Both the position numbers and the translations under genes were made by a program. DNA of 64,000 nt from an uncultured cyanobacterium (lineage in GTDB: Bacteria > Cyanobacteriota > Cyanobacteriia > Cyanobacteriales > Nostocaceae): contig CAVUDP010000004.1 of the NCBI GenBank assembly GCA_963740315.1, forward strand, positions 416,001 to 480,000, read 5' to 3'. Under the pieces are notes generated by a model that made no database searches, was not told the origin of the DNA, and worked only from the letters and a program-made list of their open reading frames with translations. Every line of letters starts with the position of its first letter. Within the stretch, counting starts at the first letter, position 1. Below, piece after piece: positions 39,872 through 50,508 of the stretch.

Positions 39872-41329
39872 ATGCATATATTTGAGCATTTTCGGATTAG
39901 TAGACGTAGTTTTATTTGGTCTTTTCTTCTGACATTTTCTATCGTTTTAGGGATTCAGTCGTGCAATGTATGGGCTGCTGGAACTCCTATTACTATTACT
40001 GTAAAACAAGATCCAAGACAAATATTTGCTGGATTAGGAGTAAGTCAAACACTTGGCAGTGGTTACAAATATTCAGAACTTACACAGTCTGAGAAAGATT
40101 TGTTAAGCAAACTTGTATGGAAAGATGCAAAGTTTAAGATTCTCAGATTATGGTTTAACCCGAATAAATATGCACCTCAGCCAGGGAAACAAGATTCTTC
40201 TCAATTCGTGCAGTCTTTTATTAAATCTGGACTTATTTCTGATGCCTTAGCACGTGGCTGTACCACGCTTCTACTTGCTCCTAACAGAATTCCTGAATAT
40301 ATGGGTCCTAAGAAGGGCTATATTTACGATCGCGAAATAAAAAAATATGCTGCTCTTTTAGCTAACTTTATACTTCAAATCAAACAAGAATATGGTGTTG
40401 AAATTCATGCTACTGGCGTACTCAATGAACCTAATGATAAGCCTATAAAGCTATCAAAAACTCAATGGCCAACCATGATTAAAATTCTTCGTAGAGAGCT
40501 TAATAATCGTGGTTTGAAAAATGTAAAAATTATCGCTCCAGAATTTGCAAATGCTGATAGTCATGCAGTGAAATTTATAAAAACTATAAAGGAAGACTCC
40601 CAAGCATGGAATTCTCTAGCAGCTATATCAACGCATTCTTATAATATGGCAGCCATAAAACCAGTTTCAGACTTGATACAAGGAACTGATAAAGAGTATT
40701 GGCAAACGGAAGCTGGTACCACTGGACCGGAAGCTCCTGGAAATGCTTTAAATGCTGCTTCAGGTGCATCTCGTTTCCTAAACGACATGAATCACAAAGT
40801 TACTCACTGGATATGGTTTATCGGCTATCATTACGCAGATCCTAAAGATGATGCTACACGTCTGATTCGTTATTCGGGGAATCGATTTAGTTACGATATT
40901 CTTCAGAAGTATTATTATTTTCTGCAATTAAGTCAAACTTTTGACGTAGGAGCTGTATTCAGAAAAAGCGTTAGTTCGCTCGAAGGCGAAATGAATTGGA
41001 CTTATGGAAAAAAACCCCAAATTACAGTAGCAAGCGCCAAAAATCCTGATGGTTCTTGGGGAATCGCCCTTAGCAACTATACTTCTGACCGATTTATTGC
41101 TCCCTCAGCTTCTGAATGGACAAAAACACAAAAAGGTTCCAAGGCAGCGACTTTTAAGGTAACAGTTTTTGTTAAAGAACTGGAGAGAGCTGGAAACATT
41201 AAAATGAAGGTGTATCGCTCAAACAGTAATGTGAATAATGTATATGTAGGCAATTTAGTTATGCACAACGGTAAAGTAACTATACCCAAAATCAAAAGTT
41301 TGGATCTGATTACTCTACGAAGTAACTAA
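39872..41329 (+). CDS. clan GH-A glycoside hydrolase (GH30-like), twin-arginine signal
   Basis: SRRSF plus hydrophobic signal; NEP acid/base; HSY; WQTE nucleophile. Confidence 0.75.
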   Translation: MHIFEHFRISRRSFIWSFLLTFSIVLGIQSCNVWAAGTPITITVKQDPRQIFAGLGVSQTLGSGYKYSELTQSEKDLLSKLVWKDAKFKILRLWFNPNKYAPQPGKQDSSQFVQSFIKSGLISDALARGCTTLLLAPNRIPEYMGPKKGYIYDREIKKYAALLANFILQIKQEYGVEIHATGVLNEPNDKPIKLSKTQWPTMIKILRRELNNRGLKNVKIIAPEFANADSHAVKFIKTIKEDSQAWNSLAAISTHSYNMAAIKPVSDLIQGTDKEYWQTEAGTTGPEAPGNALNAASGASRFLNDMNHKVTHWIWFIGYHYADPKDDATRLIRYSGNRFSYDILQKYYYFLQLSQTFDVGAVFRKSVSSLEGEMNWTYGKKPQITVASAKNPDGSWGIALSNYTSDRFIAPSASEWTKTQKGSKAATFKVTVFVKELERAGNIKMKVYRSNSNVNNVYVGNLVMHNGKVTIPKIKSLDLITLRSN

Positions 41330-41386
41330 TACAGACACGATTTAAACTGCGTGTCAGATCAAATATTTAGTTTTTCTCATTTTTAG

Positions 41387-41418
41387 TTTGTAGTAAAGGC
41401 AATATCCCTTACTACAAA
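41387..41418. repeat. hairpin between convergent genes (SDR or bidirectional terminator)
   Basis: TTTGTAGTAA..TTACTACAAA. Confidence 0.55.
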
Positions 41419-41454
41419 TTAATTGCCAGATGCCAATTTAGGCTATTACTATTC

Positions 41455-42789
41455 TTATTCAATAGGTGTATTTTCAGAATCTTGAGTAGAGATTTCATCA
41501 AAAATTTCCGGATATCGCTTGTAAATATACATTGCGGCAAGACCTACACCATACATACTCCAGATCCAAATTCCACCAGTTGGACCCTCAATAATAACCT
41601 CAAATGTTGTGGTAGTCATAGCAGCTATCCAAAAAGCTAAGAGAGTTAAAAAGATGCCTGCCCATTCTACTTGCCCTTTTGCCTTACTACGGAAATGCTT
41701 TGCTAATATTGACCCAGCCCAGCTTAGTTGAAGCAGCAGCCACATTACAGCCCCAGGAACACCAGCACGAGCGAGAACCGTTACGTGCCCATTGTGCGGA
41801 TTGCGAACTAATCCATCACCTAACGGGTCAAAGCCAGTACCCTCCCCTAGATTAAAACCAAATCCTCTGCCAGTCCAAAAGTAATCACCAAAAACCGTAG
41901 TGTTAATAAGATGAGTCCACCATTCTAAACGATATTCTTTGGTACCTTGTCTGTCATTATTATCAACAAATATACTTGCAATCTTAGAAAAAAGCGGCTC
42001 AAATATTTCAGGCTTAATCATTAAAACTAAAAGAAACACAAATAGTATTACGGCTAACACTTGCCAAATCCTACTACTTCTGGATTTAGAAAAACTTACA
42101 ACTGAAAAAGAAGTTAAAAAAGCGAGCATCCCAGACCTATTTGCACCTGCTGCAACTAAACCTAAATTTATGAAAAACATTAACAGAAAAAATGTTACTT
42201 GAGTTTTAATTAAGTTACTTCCAAGGAAGAAGGCTGTAATTCCTGCAAAGTGAATCATTGTATCCGCAGGTTTGAGATAAATAAACTCCACGTTTGAACC
42301 GGGTGTTGGTGGCAATGAAAAAGATTTAGATATTAGCCAGATAAACGGCATAATTATGAGAAAAATTCTACTAAATCTTTTATACTGCTCTACCATAAAA
42401 ACAAACCGACGTGGTTTAGAAACCAACAAAGTTCCTATTATTAAAGCGAAAAAACAGTAGTACCATAAAGCAGAATCACGTATAGCGAATAAGCCATATT
42501 CGGGAAAATAGGGAATCGTATTTATGCAACACCACACCATAAATACGATTAAAAACCAAGTTTGATATTGTTTTAAAAGTTTGGGAAATGATTTACTCAG
42601 GCTTAAAGCAACCAAGCCAAAAACCAAAGTAATTTCCCCTATAAAAAGTGGGGAAACGCCCCAATAGGAAAACCCCCTTCCACAAAGAGCGTAGCCTAAG
42701 AGAACCCAACAATGCCAACTTAAAAATTTATCCGCGATCGCAGTTTTTTTATTAGAATTTTTAGATGAAATAGCTGTTTCTAATACCAT
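41455..42789 (-). CDS. O-antigen ligase/Wzy polymerase family protein
   Basis: multi-TM; NRSG, R...W, G.GFG, PHN..LAR.G. Confidence 0.85.
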   Translation of the reverse strand: MVLETAISSKNSNKKTAIADKFLSWHCWVLLGYALCGRGFSYWGVSPLFIGEITLVFGLVALSLSKSFPKLLKQYQTWFLIVFMVWCCINTIPYFPEYGLFAIRDSALWYYCFFALIIGTLLVSKPRRFVFMVEQYKRFSRIFLIIMPFIWLISKSFSLPPTPGSNVEFIYLKPADTMIHFAGITAFFLGSNLIKTQVTFFLLMFFINLGLVAAGANRSGMLAFLTSFSVVSFSKSRSSRIWQVLAVILFVFLLVLMIKPEIFEPLFSKIASIFVDNNDRQGTKEYRLEWWTHLINTTVFGDYFWTGRGFGFNLGEGTGFDPLGDGLVRNPHNGHVTVLARAGVPGAVMWLLLQLSWAGSILAKHFRSKAKGQVEWAGIFLTLLAFWIAAMTTTTFEVIIEGPTGGIWIWSMYGVGLAAMYIYKRYPEIFDEISTQDSENTPIE

Positions 42790-42959
42790 ATATTTTAGTT
42801 ATTTTATTACAGTATACATTCGTAAGTGTTTGTATCTATAAATACAAACACAGAGAGTTGCTAGTAGTTTTTAATTATAAAAGAATAAGTATAAAAAAGA
42901 ATACTGACTTTATACATATGTTTGCTAAGTAATATTTATATAATCTATTCTTTTGCAAA

Positions 42960-43160
42960 TCATATAAAGAGGTTAAGTTTTCGCCAACGCAATACCAAGT
43001 ACATAACCGCAGCAAAGAAAAATTCTGTTCCTACAACTGCCCATGCCAATATGACCGTACAAATTATTTAATAATACAGCCAGAAGTAAAAGACAAGCTT
43101 CACCAATTAATGTAATCAAATTAAATGTACGATAAGGATTTAAAAGTAATGGGGGTCGGT
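42960..43160 (-). pseudogene. frameshifted C-terminal remnant of a Wzx/RfbX flippase
   Basis: RTFNLITLIGEACLLLLAVLLNNLYGHIGM / AWAVVGTEFFFAAVMYLVLRWRKLNLFI*. Confidence 0.65.
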
Positions 43161-43211
43161 AGGTTAGGTTTATAAAAATAAATTGTTACTAACAATATTT
43201 AGAGAGCAGTT

Positions 43212-44399
43212 TCAGTTCCTCGATCGTTTTACTTGGCTATGATTAGAAACCAGATCGTAAATTTCCATCATCCGATGATAGTTTTGTTGTGCTGTGTACT
43301 TCGATTCAAATTCGGCTCGTGCTTCTTGTCGCATCTGAGTCAGCTTTGTTTGATTTTCTATAGCCCATTGCACCTTGCTAGCCAGATCCTCTGAGTTTCC
43401 AGGAGAGAAATGTAGCCCCGTGCGACCGGAATCTACCAATTCTGCAATAGCGCCGATATTCGCAGCAATTACAGGTGTACCTTTAGCAAACGCTTCAGCA
43501 GCAACTCTACCAAAAGTTTCATACCACTTGGATGGGAAAACTAAAAACATTGCTTCACCCATTAGCTGATGTACTTCTGACATTGGTCTGCGTCCGAGCC
43601 ATTCCACTTCAGGAATTCGCTTTGCTGCTTCCACTACTTCACCGGCTAGAGGACCATCTCCAACTATTTTAAGAGGTATTTTTACATCCAAATGTTCCCA
43701 AGCACTCAGTAGGGTATCTAATCCTTTTTCTATAGAAAGTCTGCCTACAAACAGAGCATAACCACCTGCTCCTTCTCCTACCCCTGGATCGGGGTTGATA
43801 AAATTCGGTTTAACTACAATTTTTTCTGCGGGTAAGCCGCCAGCGATAAATTTCTGTCGTGCAAATTCAGTTAAGCAAATATATTTATCTACCATTTTTG
43901 TCCAAGTACGCATGGCACTATGTACGGTAAGCATTGTTGCTACCGCTCCAGAAGCCGGACGACTTTCTCGATAACAACCGTGTAATACTCCCGGAAGAGG
44001 AATACTTTTTCCCATACAATCTTCGCAGACTTTCCCATCGCGGAAAAATAAACCATTAGGGCATAGAAGACGATAATTTCGTAAAGTCTGGACTACAGGT
44101 ACACCTTCAGATTTTGCGGCATAGTAAACTGATGGTGATACAAGGGGAAAAAAGTTCTGGATATGAACTATGTCGTACTTTGAACTACTTAATTTTTGTT
44201 TGACTATATTATAAGACTCTTGCGACCAGACGGTTCGTAGCGCCATCCGTACCGTGCCAATGTCTGCAACTCGGTCATTATGTTCTTGATAAACATCAAC
44301 GGTGTGACCCATTTCCCGCAAAAGACGCTGTTCGGATTCGGAGGATTCATCTTCGCCACCACGAATCTGATATTGGTTATGTATACTTAAGATACGCAT
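43212..44399 (-). CDS. GT4 glycosyltransferase
   Basis: HN.YQ..GGED, VGRLS.EKG, PS.WYETFG...EAFA.GTPV. Confidence 0.92.
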   Translation of the reverse strand: MRILSIHNQYQIRGGEDESSESEQRLLREMGHTVDVYQEHNDRVADIGTVRMALRTVWSQESYNIVKQKLSSSKYDIVHIQNFFPLVSPSVYYAAKSEGVPVVQTLRNYRLLCPNGLFFRDGKVCEDCMGKSIPLPGVLHGCYRESRPASGAVATMLTVHSAMRTWTKMVDKYICLTEFARQKFIAGGLPAEKIVVKPNFINPDPGVGEGAGGYALFVGRLSIEKGLDTLLSAWEHLDVKIPLKIVGDGPLAGEVVEAAKRIPEVEWLGRRPMSEVHQLMGEAMFLVFPSKWYETFGRVAAEAFAKGTPVIAANIGAIAELVDSGRTGLHFSPGNSEDLASKVQWAIENQTKLTQMRQEARAEFESKYTAQQNYHRMMEIYDLVSNHSQVKRSRN

Positions 44400-44490
44400 T
44401 GTATTATGTCAAATCCTCACAGATCCACTAACTATAATTGAGTCAATCCAAGTTGTTTGTATATTAAAGTAATAAAAATTTTTAAAACTT

Positions 44491-45630
44491 TTAATGCTTA
44501 CTTTTAATCACACTTTGATAGATTTCTTCCAAAGCCTGAGTTTGTTTATGCAAATCAAAGCGATCGCGCACTCGTTGATATCCGTTGCTACTAAAGCTCT
44601 GCCAAAGGTTGCGATCGCCTAATAGCTTTAAAATATGCTCGCTAAGCCCCTGCCAATCACGTTCGTTGACTAAAAAGCCTGTTCGATCGTGCGCTACTGC
44701 TTCTGGAATACCACCACTAGCAAAGCTGACAACTGGTAAACCCATTGCCTGTGCCTCGGTAAAAACTAAGCCGAATCCTTCGCAATCACCCGACTTTGCT
44801 CTGATACTAGGAACGCAAAATACCTTAGCTTTATTCATCCAACTTCTGACAACTTCGGGTGTTTGAATTCCCAGAAAGCGATAATTTTTTAATGATGATT
44901 TTGCTAAATTTTCTACAGATTTACGAAGTTCGCCATCACCAATTACGACTAATTCGACTTCTGGGTTTACCGATTGTACCTCAGCCATAGCTTTTATAAG
45001 ATACTCGCAGCCTTTTTTTTCAACTAACCGACCAACAAATAATACTACTGGTTCTCGCCGTACAGTAGGATCGGGTTTAAATACTTCTGTATCGATGCCA
45101 ATATAATGCACTAATATCCGATCCGCTGGAAAACCTTGGTTAATTAGCTCTGATTTGATAAACTCAGATACGGCAATAAACAATCGAGTCTCGCGCTTGA
45201 GTGATTCTCGGCGACGCAGATAAATTTTTGTACTAAGAGAATCTTTGCGGGCATATTCATCCGTCATGGTAGCATCAATACCATGAAAGGTGACTATCAG
45301 CGGGACTTGCAAGTTTCTCATTAATGGCAGGGCTAAAGCTCCACATACCCCAAAATGAGCGTGTACGATTGCTGGATGCAATTGCTGCACTTGTTGAAAC
45401 AGTTGAGGAGCGACTCCAAATAACTTAAATATACCTTCCTTAGCTTTACCAATAAATTTACCCTTGTTAACTAGGAAAGTGCGTTCTGGAGGTAAGGACA
45501 ATCCCTTTACCAAACGACAACCAACATAATAAGGTGTAAAATGCTTCAATCCTTCTGCTTGAGCGCGAACAAAAGTCTCAGAAAAAGGAAGTAACCGACC
45601 GTTGAATACCACTAATGCGGGATTGAGCAT
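44491..45630 (-). CDS. GT4 glycosyltransferase (WcaL/AmsK-like)
   Basis: SETF, HAHFG, TFHG.D, VGRLVEKKG, EGFGLV..EAQAMG. Confidence 0.92.
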   Translation of the reverse strand: MLNPALVVFNGRLLPFSETFVRAQAEGLKHFTPYYVGCRLVKGLSLPPERTFLVNKGKFIGKAKEGIFKLFGVAPQLFQQVQQLHPAIVHAHFGVCGALALPLMRNLQVPLIVTFHGIDATMTDEYARKDSLSTKIYLRRRESLKRETRLFIAVSEFIKSELINQGFPADRILVHYIGIDTEVFKPDPTVRREPVVLFVGRLVEKKGCEYLIKAMAEVQSVNPEVELVVIGDGELRKSVENLAKSSLKNYRFLGIQTPEVVRSWMNKAKVFCVPSIRAKSGDCEGFGLVFTEAQAMGLPVVSFASGGIPEAVAHDRTGFLVNERDWQGLSEHILKLLGDRNLWQSFSSNGYQRVRDRFDLHKQTQALEEIYQSVIKSKH

Positions 45631-45668
45631 AACTTTTTATTTCTCCTACACTCCTGTTTTATCATCTC

Positions 45669-46976
45669 TTAATTACTTGATTTAGCCTCTCTACAATCAA
45701 TTCCGCTTCCAGACATCAAAGGCTTTTGGGAAGTCAAAATTTCTTCATAATACTGAGCCATGAACTTACCCTTTACTTCCCAAGAGAAGACTTCTCTGGC
45801 TCGTTTTTGTGCTGCCCTTCCCATACTAATACGTAAATTTGAGTCCTTAGCTAAACAAGTTATTGCCTCAGCCAAACCGCCTATTGCTTGCTCCGGCGTA
45901 TCAGCGGGAATCTTAAATCCTGTATCTTCTGTTACCTGTACGCCCGGACCTCCTAAGTCTAAGCAAATTACTGGACGAGCAGCTGCCATTGCTTCCATAC
46001 ATACAAATCCTCCTGACTCATGCAAGCTAGGATGAATTAATACATGACATTCACCCAGTAATTGAAATATTTCCTCTCGCGGCAACTTACCCCAAAATTT
46101 AACTTGCTTGCCAATACCAAGTTCTTCAGCAAGAGCTTGAAGCCGCTCGCCTTCGGAACCATTTCCTATAATCCAGTATTCAGCATCGGGTAGAGCCGCG
46201 ATCGCAAAAGCTTTCAAACCTAAATGAAAACCTTTCCAGTGTAACAGCCTGCCAATGCTGATGAATCTAACAGGGGAAGCATCGGGTATTCCGTGTTGAG
46301 CAAGTCGAGTTATTTCTTTTGCTGATAAACCGATTGGAGAGAGTACTTCTACTTTTGGAGCGCCAATTTTTTGTAATTGTCTGCGGGTATCTTCAGTCAT
46401 ACCCCAAGCCAAGGCGCTGTTTCTAGCGGTTATTTGTACAAACGGATCGCGTTCTTTGAACCATCGAACAAAGTCTCGCGCCTTTTCGTAAATTTTGCCA
46501 CGAAGATTAAAGTCTTGCCAAAATGTACTTGGTGCTGACTCTCCACCTCCAATTGGTCCCCAAATGAATGGAATTGGTAAAAACGAGAGAAAGCTAGGTG
46601 AAGTATAGGTTACATAAGTTACATGATGGGCGACATCAAAACCGATTTTACCATGTAGTTTACGTCCTAAAAAATATGCCCGTACTTGCCAAATATAGTA
46701 ATGAATATGTACTCCTCCAAGACCTAGTTTCCACCATTTAGAACCAGGTAAGTCAAAATATACAAATTCCAGACCGGGAATAGGGTTTTTGGATATTTCA
46801 GCTTCAATTGATGGACGATTATCAACTCTGGTGAGTACCCATACCTGATAATATTTTGCCAATTCCCTGACTGTATTCCAGCCTATCCCCGGATCTGAAC
46901 CCATTCCAGGTCTACAAGCGTAAGCAGAAATTAAAACTTTTAAGTTTTGCATCTTTTTAGATACTGTTGTTGACAT
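45669..46976 (-). CDS. GT4 glycosyltransferase
   Basis: SAYAC.P..GS.PG.GW, GRLLHWKG, PSLHESGG....EAMA. Confidence 0.92.
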   Translation of the reverse strand: MSTTVSKKMQNLKVLISAYACRPGMGSDPGIGWNTVRELAKYYQVWVLTRVDNRPSIEAEISKNPIPGLEFVYFDLPGSKWWKLGLGGVHIHYYIWQVRAYFLGRKLHGKIGFDVAHHVTYVTYTSPSFLSFLPIPFIWGPIGGGESAPSTFWQDFNLRGKIYEKARDFVRWFKERDPFVQITARNSALAWGMTEDTRRQLQKIGAPKVEVLSPIGLSAKEITRLAQHGIPDASPVRFISIGRLLHWKGFHLGLKAFAIAALPDAEYWIIGNGSEGERLQALAEELGIGKQVKFWGKLPREEIFQLLGECHVLIHPSLHESGGFVCMEAMAAARPVICLDLGGPGVQVTEDTGFKIPADTPEQAIGGLAEAITCLAKDSNLRISMGRAAQKRAREVFSWEVKGKFMAQYYEEILTSQKPLMSGSGIDCREAKSSN

Positions 46977-47169
46977 TTTCCTTATATTTATTAAATAATG
47001 CAGATTAGTCGTTTTAGTTCACAATTAGAATACTGTTCCTTGTAAAAGCATACAAGGCTTATCTGACACTATTGTTGACATTTTCGGTGTATCTATGATT
47101 AAATTACGTACATTAATCGCTATAGTTCGTAATTAAAATCCTGTTCGTTGTAGAAGCACCCAAAACTTA
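46960..47169. repeat. diverged ~105-bp tandem duplication including the GT start codon region
   Basis: 46960-47061 aligns with 47065-47169 (TTGTTGACATTTTC..ATTAAAT..TAGTTC..CTGTTC.TTGTA.AAGCA). Confidence 0.7.
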
Positions 47170-47182
47170 CAGTTTTGTATAA

Positions 47183-48184
47183 CTATTGACTTGCATATTT
47201 GTTTTTTATATAGTAATAAAGAGATATGAAAGTAATTTTTAATCTTGCAATCAAAGAGGCAGATGTAAGATATTTCTTGATAGCTTGATTATTCTCAGAG
47301 TCATTAGTTCCTGATTGCCAATTTAAAGCTGTTCCAACAGCTATCATCTTATCAGCGAACTTTCTAAAGTTGGTAAATTCTTGCTTAATCCAAAGACCTG
47401 TGTAAATGTATTTTCTACCTCTCAAATGGTCTTTATCTTTTCTTAAAGTCGCTGCATTATTGCCGTGTATTTTCTGAACAGTTAATTGATCGTTTAAGAT
47501 AAAACCTTGACTCAAAGCTACTGCCATAAATTTTACATAATGGTCGCTGCTAGAAACTGCTTTTGGAGTAGGCATAGGAAGGATTTTTTTTAATAGCGAG
47601 CGCCTAAAACAAAGAGCAGAACAGGGGGGAAGATGAGGAGGAATTTTGCCAGATTTAAGGTGGTTTCGGAAGTCACATTCCTTAGTTACATAATTTTCTG
47701 TAGTTGTCATAGGCAAAGAGTTGTTTTTTGCATCAACTAATTTAACACTATGAAAACACCAATCAACTTTTTCTGAAGATTGAAAAATTTTGACAATTTT
47801 TTCAACTTTGTCCTCTATAAACCAATCATCTGAATCTAAAAAACAAATAATTTCACCTTTACTTGCTGCAAAACCAACATTATAATTTGAATGTTGTCCG
47901 CCGTTTTCTTTAAATATAGTAATTATTTTGTTACCATAATTTGCAATTACTTCGCGAGAATTATCCTGCGAACCATCATCAACGACAATCACTTCGATAT
48001 TTGTATAAGTCTGATTTAACGCACTATCAATTGCTTTCTTAATAAAACGCTCGTAATTGTAATTTCCGATAATTATGCTGACTAATGGATTATCATTCAG
48101 TGCAGAAGATTTTTGATAATTTAATAATCGCTTAGTAATAAGCATTCCAGTACCCACTTTATTTGTAAATTTACTACCGAACAA
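47183..48184 (-). CDS. GT2 glycosyltransferase
   Basis: VSIII.NYNY, VVDDGS.D, NGGQ, FLDSDD. Confidence 0.9.
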   Translation of the reverse strand: MFGSKFTNKVGTGMLITKRLLNYQKSSALNDNPLVSIIIGNYNYERFIKKAIDSALNQTYTNIEVIVVDDGSQDNSREVIANYGNKIITIFKENGGQHSNYNVGFAASKGEIICFLDSDDWFIEDKVEKIVKIFQSSEKVDWCFHSVKLVDAKNNSLPMTTTENYVTKECDFRNHLKSGKIPPHLPPCSALCFRRSLLKKILPMPTPKAVSSSDHYVKFMAVALSQGFILNDQLTVQKIHGNNAATLRKDKDHLRGRKYIYTGLWIKQEFTNFRKFADKMIAVGTALNWQSGTNDSENNQAIKKYLTSASLIARLKITFISLYYYIKNKYASQ

Positions 48185-48210
48185 AAATTTTACAAAGCTA
48201 TTAACAATTT

Positions 48211-49125
48211 TTATCCTCGTTGAGAACTACCTCCTAGATAAAGCCTAAATTTTTCAATGATTATCAAATACCTCGCAAAAAACATAATTGAAATGAACTG
48301 TAGTTTTCGAACAAAGCCAGTTAAATGTTCATTTTTCCAAGCCCTATATAAACTTCTAAAAGGAGGTTTAAAAGTAAATACGATATCCTTAGCAATTTCC
48401 ATTGAAGAAGGATTTTTACTCATGTTGCGGTCAAATCTACCACCTGCAAGACGAGTAATTCTTTTACGAAGTTGGGAAAATGAATGTCTGGCTGGGTGAG
48501 CTACACAAGCATCCGAGGCATAAACCTGCTTGTAACCTGCTGCAAAAACTCGTTGTCCCCATTGGCGATCGCCACCCGATTTCAAAGTACTATCAAAGTT
48601 ACCAATATTATTTATTACATCTTTGAATGTGAAAATATTGGCAGTCATACCATACTGATGTTTCTGCAATTTCTCATCCTGAAAAAAGTTTAACTCAATT
48701 TTTTCATAGAGTTCTACTCCTGTAGGCTGATCTGGGTTTTGAAAAAAAAGGTCTATTCTTCCAGCCACTAATCCACAATTAGGAGTACTTAAAAGACTTG
48801 CTACACCATTCTCAATCCAATCCAAAGCTGGAATACAATCAGAATCAGTAAAAGCTAAAATCTCACCTTTTGCGATAGAAATACCGTGGTTGCGAGCTAC
48901 ATAAGAACCTGGTTGGCTTTCATATGTATACTTTGCTTGACTAAAATTACTAACTAGGTTTTTAATATCATCTTGGGAAGCATTATCAATGACAATTACC
49001 TCATACAAATCTTTCGAGTAAGTTTGATTTTCGAGAGCTTCTAGGCAGAGCTTTAGACGTTCGGAATCGTTGTAGACTGGTATGATTACCGAGACATTTA
49101 AACTTGACGAATTAGAATTAGACAT
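48211..49125 (-). CDS. GT2 glycosyltransferase
   Basis: VSVIIPVYN, IDNAS, GSY.ARN.G, FTDSDC, SGGD. Confidence 0.9.
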   Translation of the reverse strand: MSNSNSSSLNVSVIIPVYNDSERLKLCLEALENQTYSKDLYEVIVIDNASQDDIKNLVSNFSQAKYTYESQPGSYVARNHGISIAKGEILAFTDSDCIPALDWIENGVASLLSTPNCGLVAGRIDLFFQNPDQPTGVELYEKIELNFFQDEKLQKHQYGMTANIFTFKDVINNIGNFDSTLKSGGDRQWGQRVFAAGYKQVYASDACVAHPARHSFSQLRKRITRLAGGRFDRNMSKNPSSMEIAKDIVFTFKPPFRSLYRAWKNEHLTGFVRKLQFISIMFFARYLIIIEKFRLYLGGSSQRG

Positions 49126-49278
49126 AAATTTATAGTATAGGTAACACTAAATTCAGGTATATGTTTTCGTGTGTGAGATAGTTTCATAGAAGTTAATTCA
49201 ATACTTCCACAATCGTAGATGAAGAGGAAACTTACTTATAATCGGTTATGAGGTAAAGATTTCAGATATTTAGAAAAA

Positions 49279-50448
49279 TTATTTTTTAAGAGCCTCTAAT
49301 AAATAATTCTGTGACTCAAATATTCTAGTATTTAATGTGTTTGAGATTGACTCATAATCAATATTAGCAAGTTGTTTGTGTACTACCTCAAGTTCTAACA
49401 TACTTGTAACCATACGACTATTTAAATCTAGATTACTAAGTAAATCTATTAATTTTTGACTTTTTTTATCATGTCCAAAAACTGTAAAAAGTTTTTTAAA
49501 CATAATAGCAAATATTGTACCGTGGTAAGTATTAGTTACAATATAAGATGCCTGGTTAAATAAACTTACCCATTCATTTGGACTTGCACCTACTAAGTTT
49601 GTTTGAGCAATTTTATTATATTTACCTACAGAAATAATTGTTAAGCTTTTAGTTTCGGATATTAATTTAACAAACTCTTCTTGTTCCGGACTTAAAGGAG
49701 CCTGATTATAAATAAGTAAATAATTATCTTTAGTTTTAACCAAAGAGATTATGTCATCATATTTAACTAGAAAAGTTGGGTCGAGTACTCTTTTCGCATC
49801 TACATTACATTCTGTATTAATTATGTTTTTGCTATTAGAGTCACGAACAAGAATAGTTTGAAATTTTTCTACAAGATTACATATTTCTTCTTTATGATTT
49901 TTTAACGATGTTGAATTACCGAAACTAGCTGCATAACTTATCCTACGAGTAGTTTCTTCAGAAACAAAGTCTAAAAAATAAGAAGTATCAAAGCCTCTGA
50001 AAGAATCAAGACACCATATTTGGTCGCTACCACATATTACTACATCGTATTTATCACGAAAATACTCTAAACCTTTTTTAGAATAATATTTTTTTTGGCT
50101 TAAGTTAGTTTGCGAACGTAAAAACTGTCTCATTTTCCAGGCTCTAGCTATATTGCCAAAAGCCCGTTCATTTAAGCGAAGTTTTTTATTTATTAGACTT
50201 AAGCCTTTTGTGTAATATTTGATTGCTTTATAAGGTCTATAGTCAATTATTTCAACTTGATAACCTTGTTGTTTAAGAAACTTATTTAGAGCATAGGCTT
50301 GTAAAGTTGCTCCATAATTATCTATGTGATGAAAAGTCAAAATGCCTATTTTAATATTCGATTTAGTTGACAAATAATTCTGTTTTTGGTCGATAATAGA
50401 AACGTTTTTCTTTGGATAAGTGTCTTGAGTTTTCATAAAATTTTTCAT
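49279..50448 (-). CDS. polysaccharide pyruvyl transferase family protein (NYGA/GSDQIW subtype)
   Basis: GILTFH...NYGA.LQAYAL, GSDQIW, ISYAASFG, LDPTFL, T..YHG.IF. Confidence 0.88.
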   Translation of the reverse strand: MKNFMKTQDTYPKKNVSIIDQKQNYLSTKSNIKIGILTFHHIDNYGATLQAYALNKFLKQQGYQVEIIDYRPYKAIKYYTKGLSLINKKLRLNERAFGNIARAWKMRQFLRSQTNLSQKKYYSKKGLEYFRDKYDVVICGSDQIWCLDSFRGFDTSYFLDFVSEETTRRISYAASFGNSTSLKNHKEEICNLVEKFQTILVRDSNSKNIINTECNVDAKRVLDPTFLVKYDDIISLVKTKDNYLLIYNQAPLSPEQEEFVKLISETKSLTIISVGKYNKIAQTNLVGASPNEWVSLFNQASYIVTNTYHGTIFAIMFKKLFTVFGHDKKSQKLIDLLSNLDLNSRMVTSMLELEVVHKQLANIDYESISNTLNTRIFESQNYLLEALKK

Positions 50449-50508
50449 TGGTTTTAATTAATTTTAGTGAATTGCATGGATAGAATGTTGATAAATAATC
50501 TACGATAT

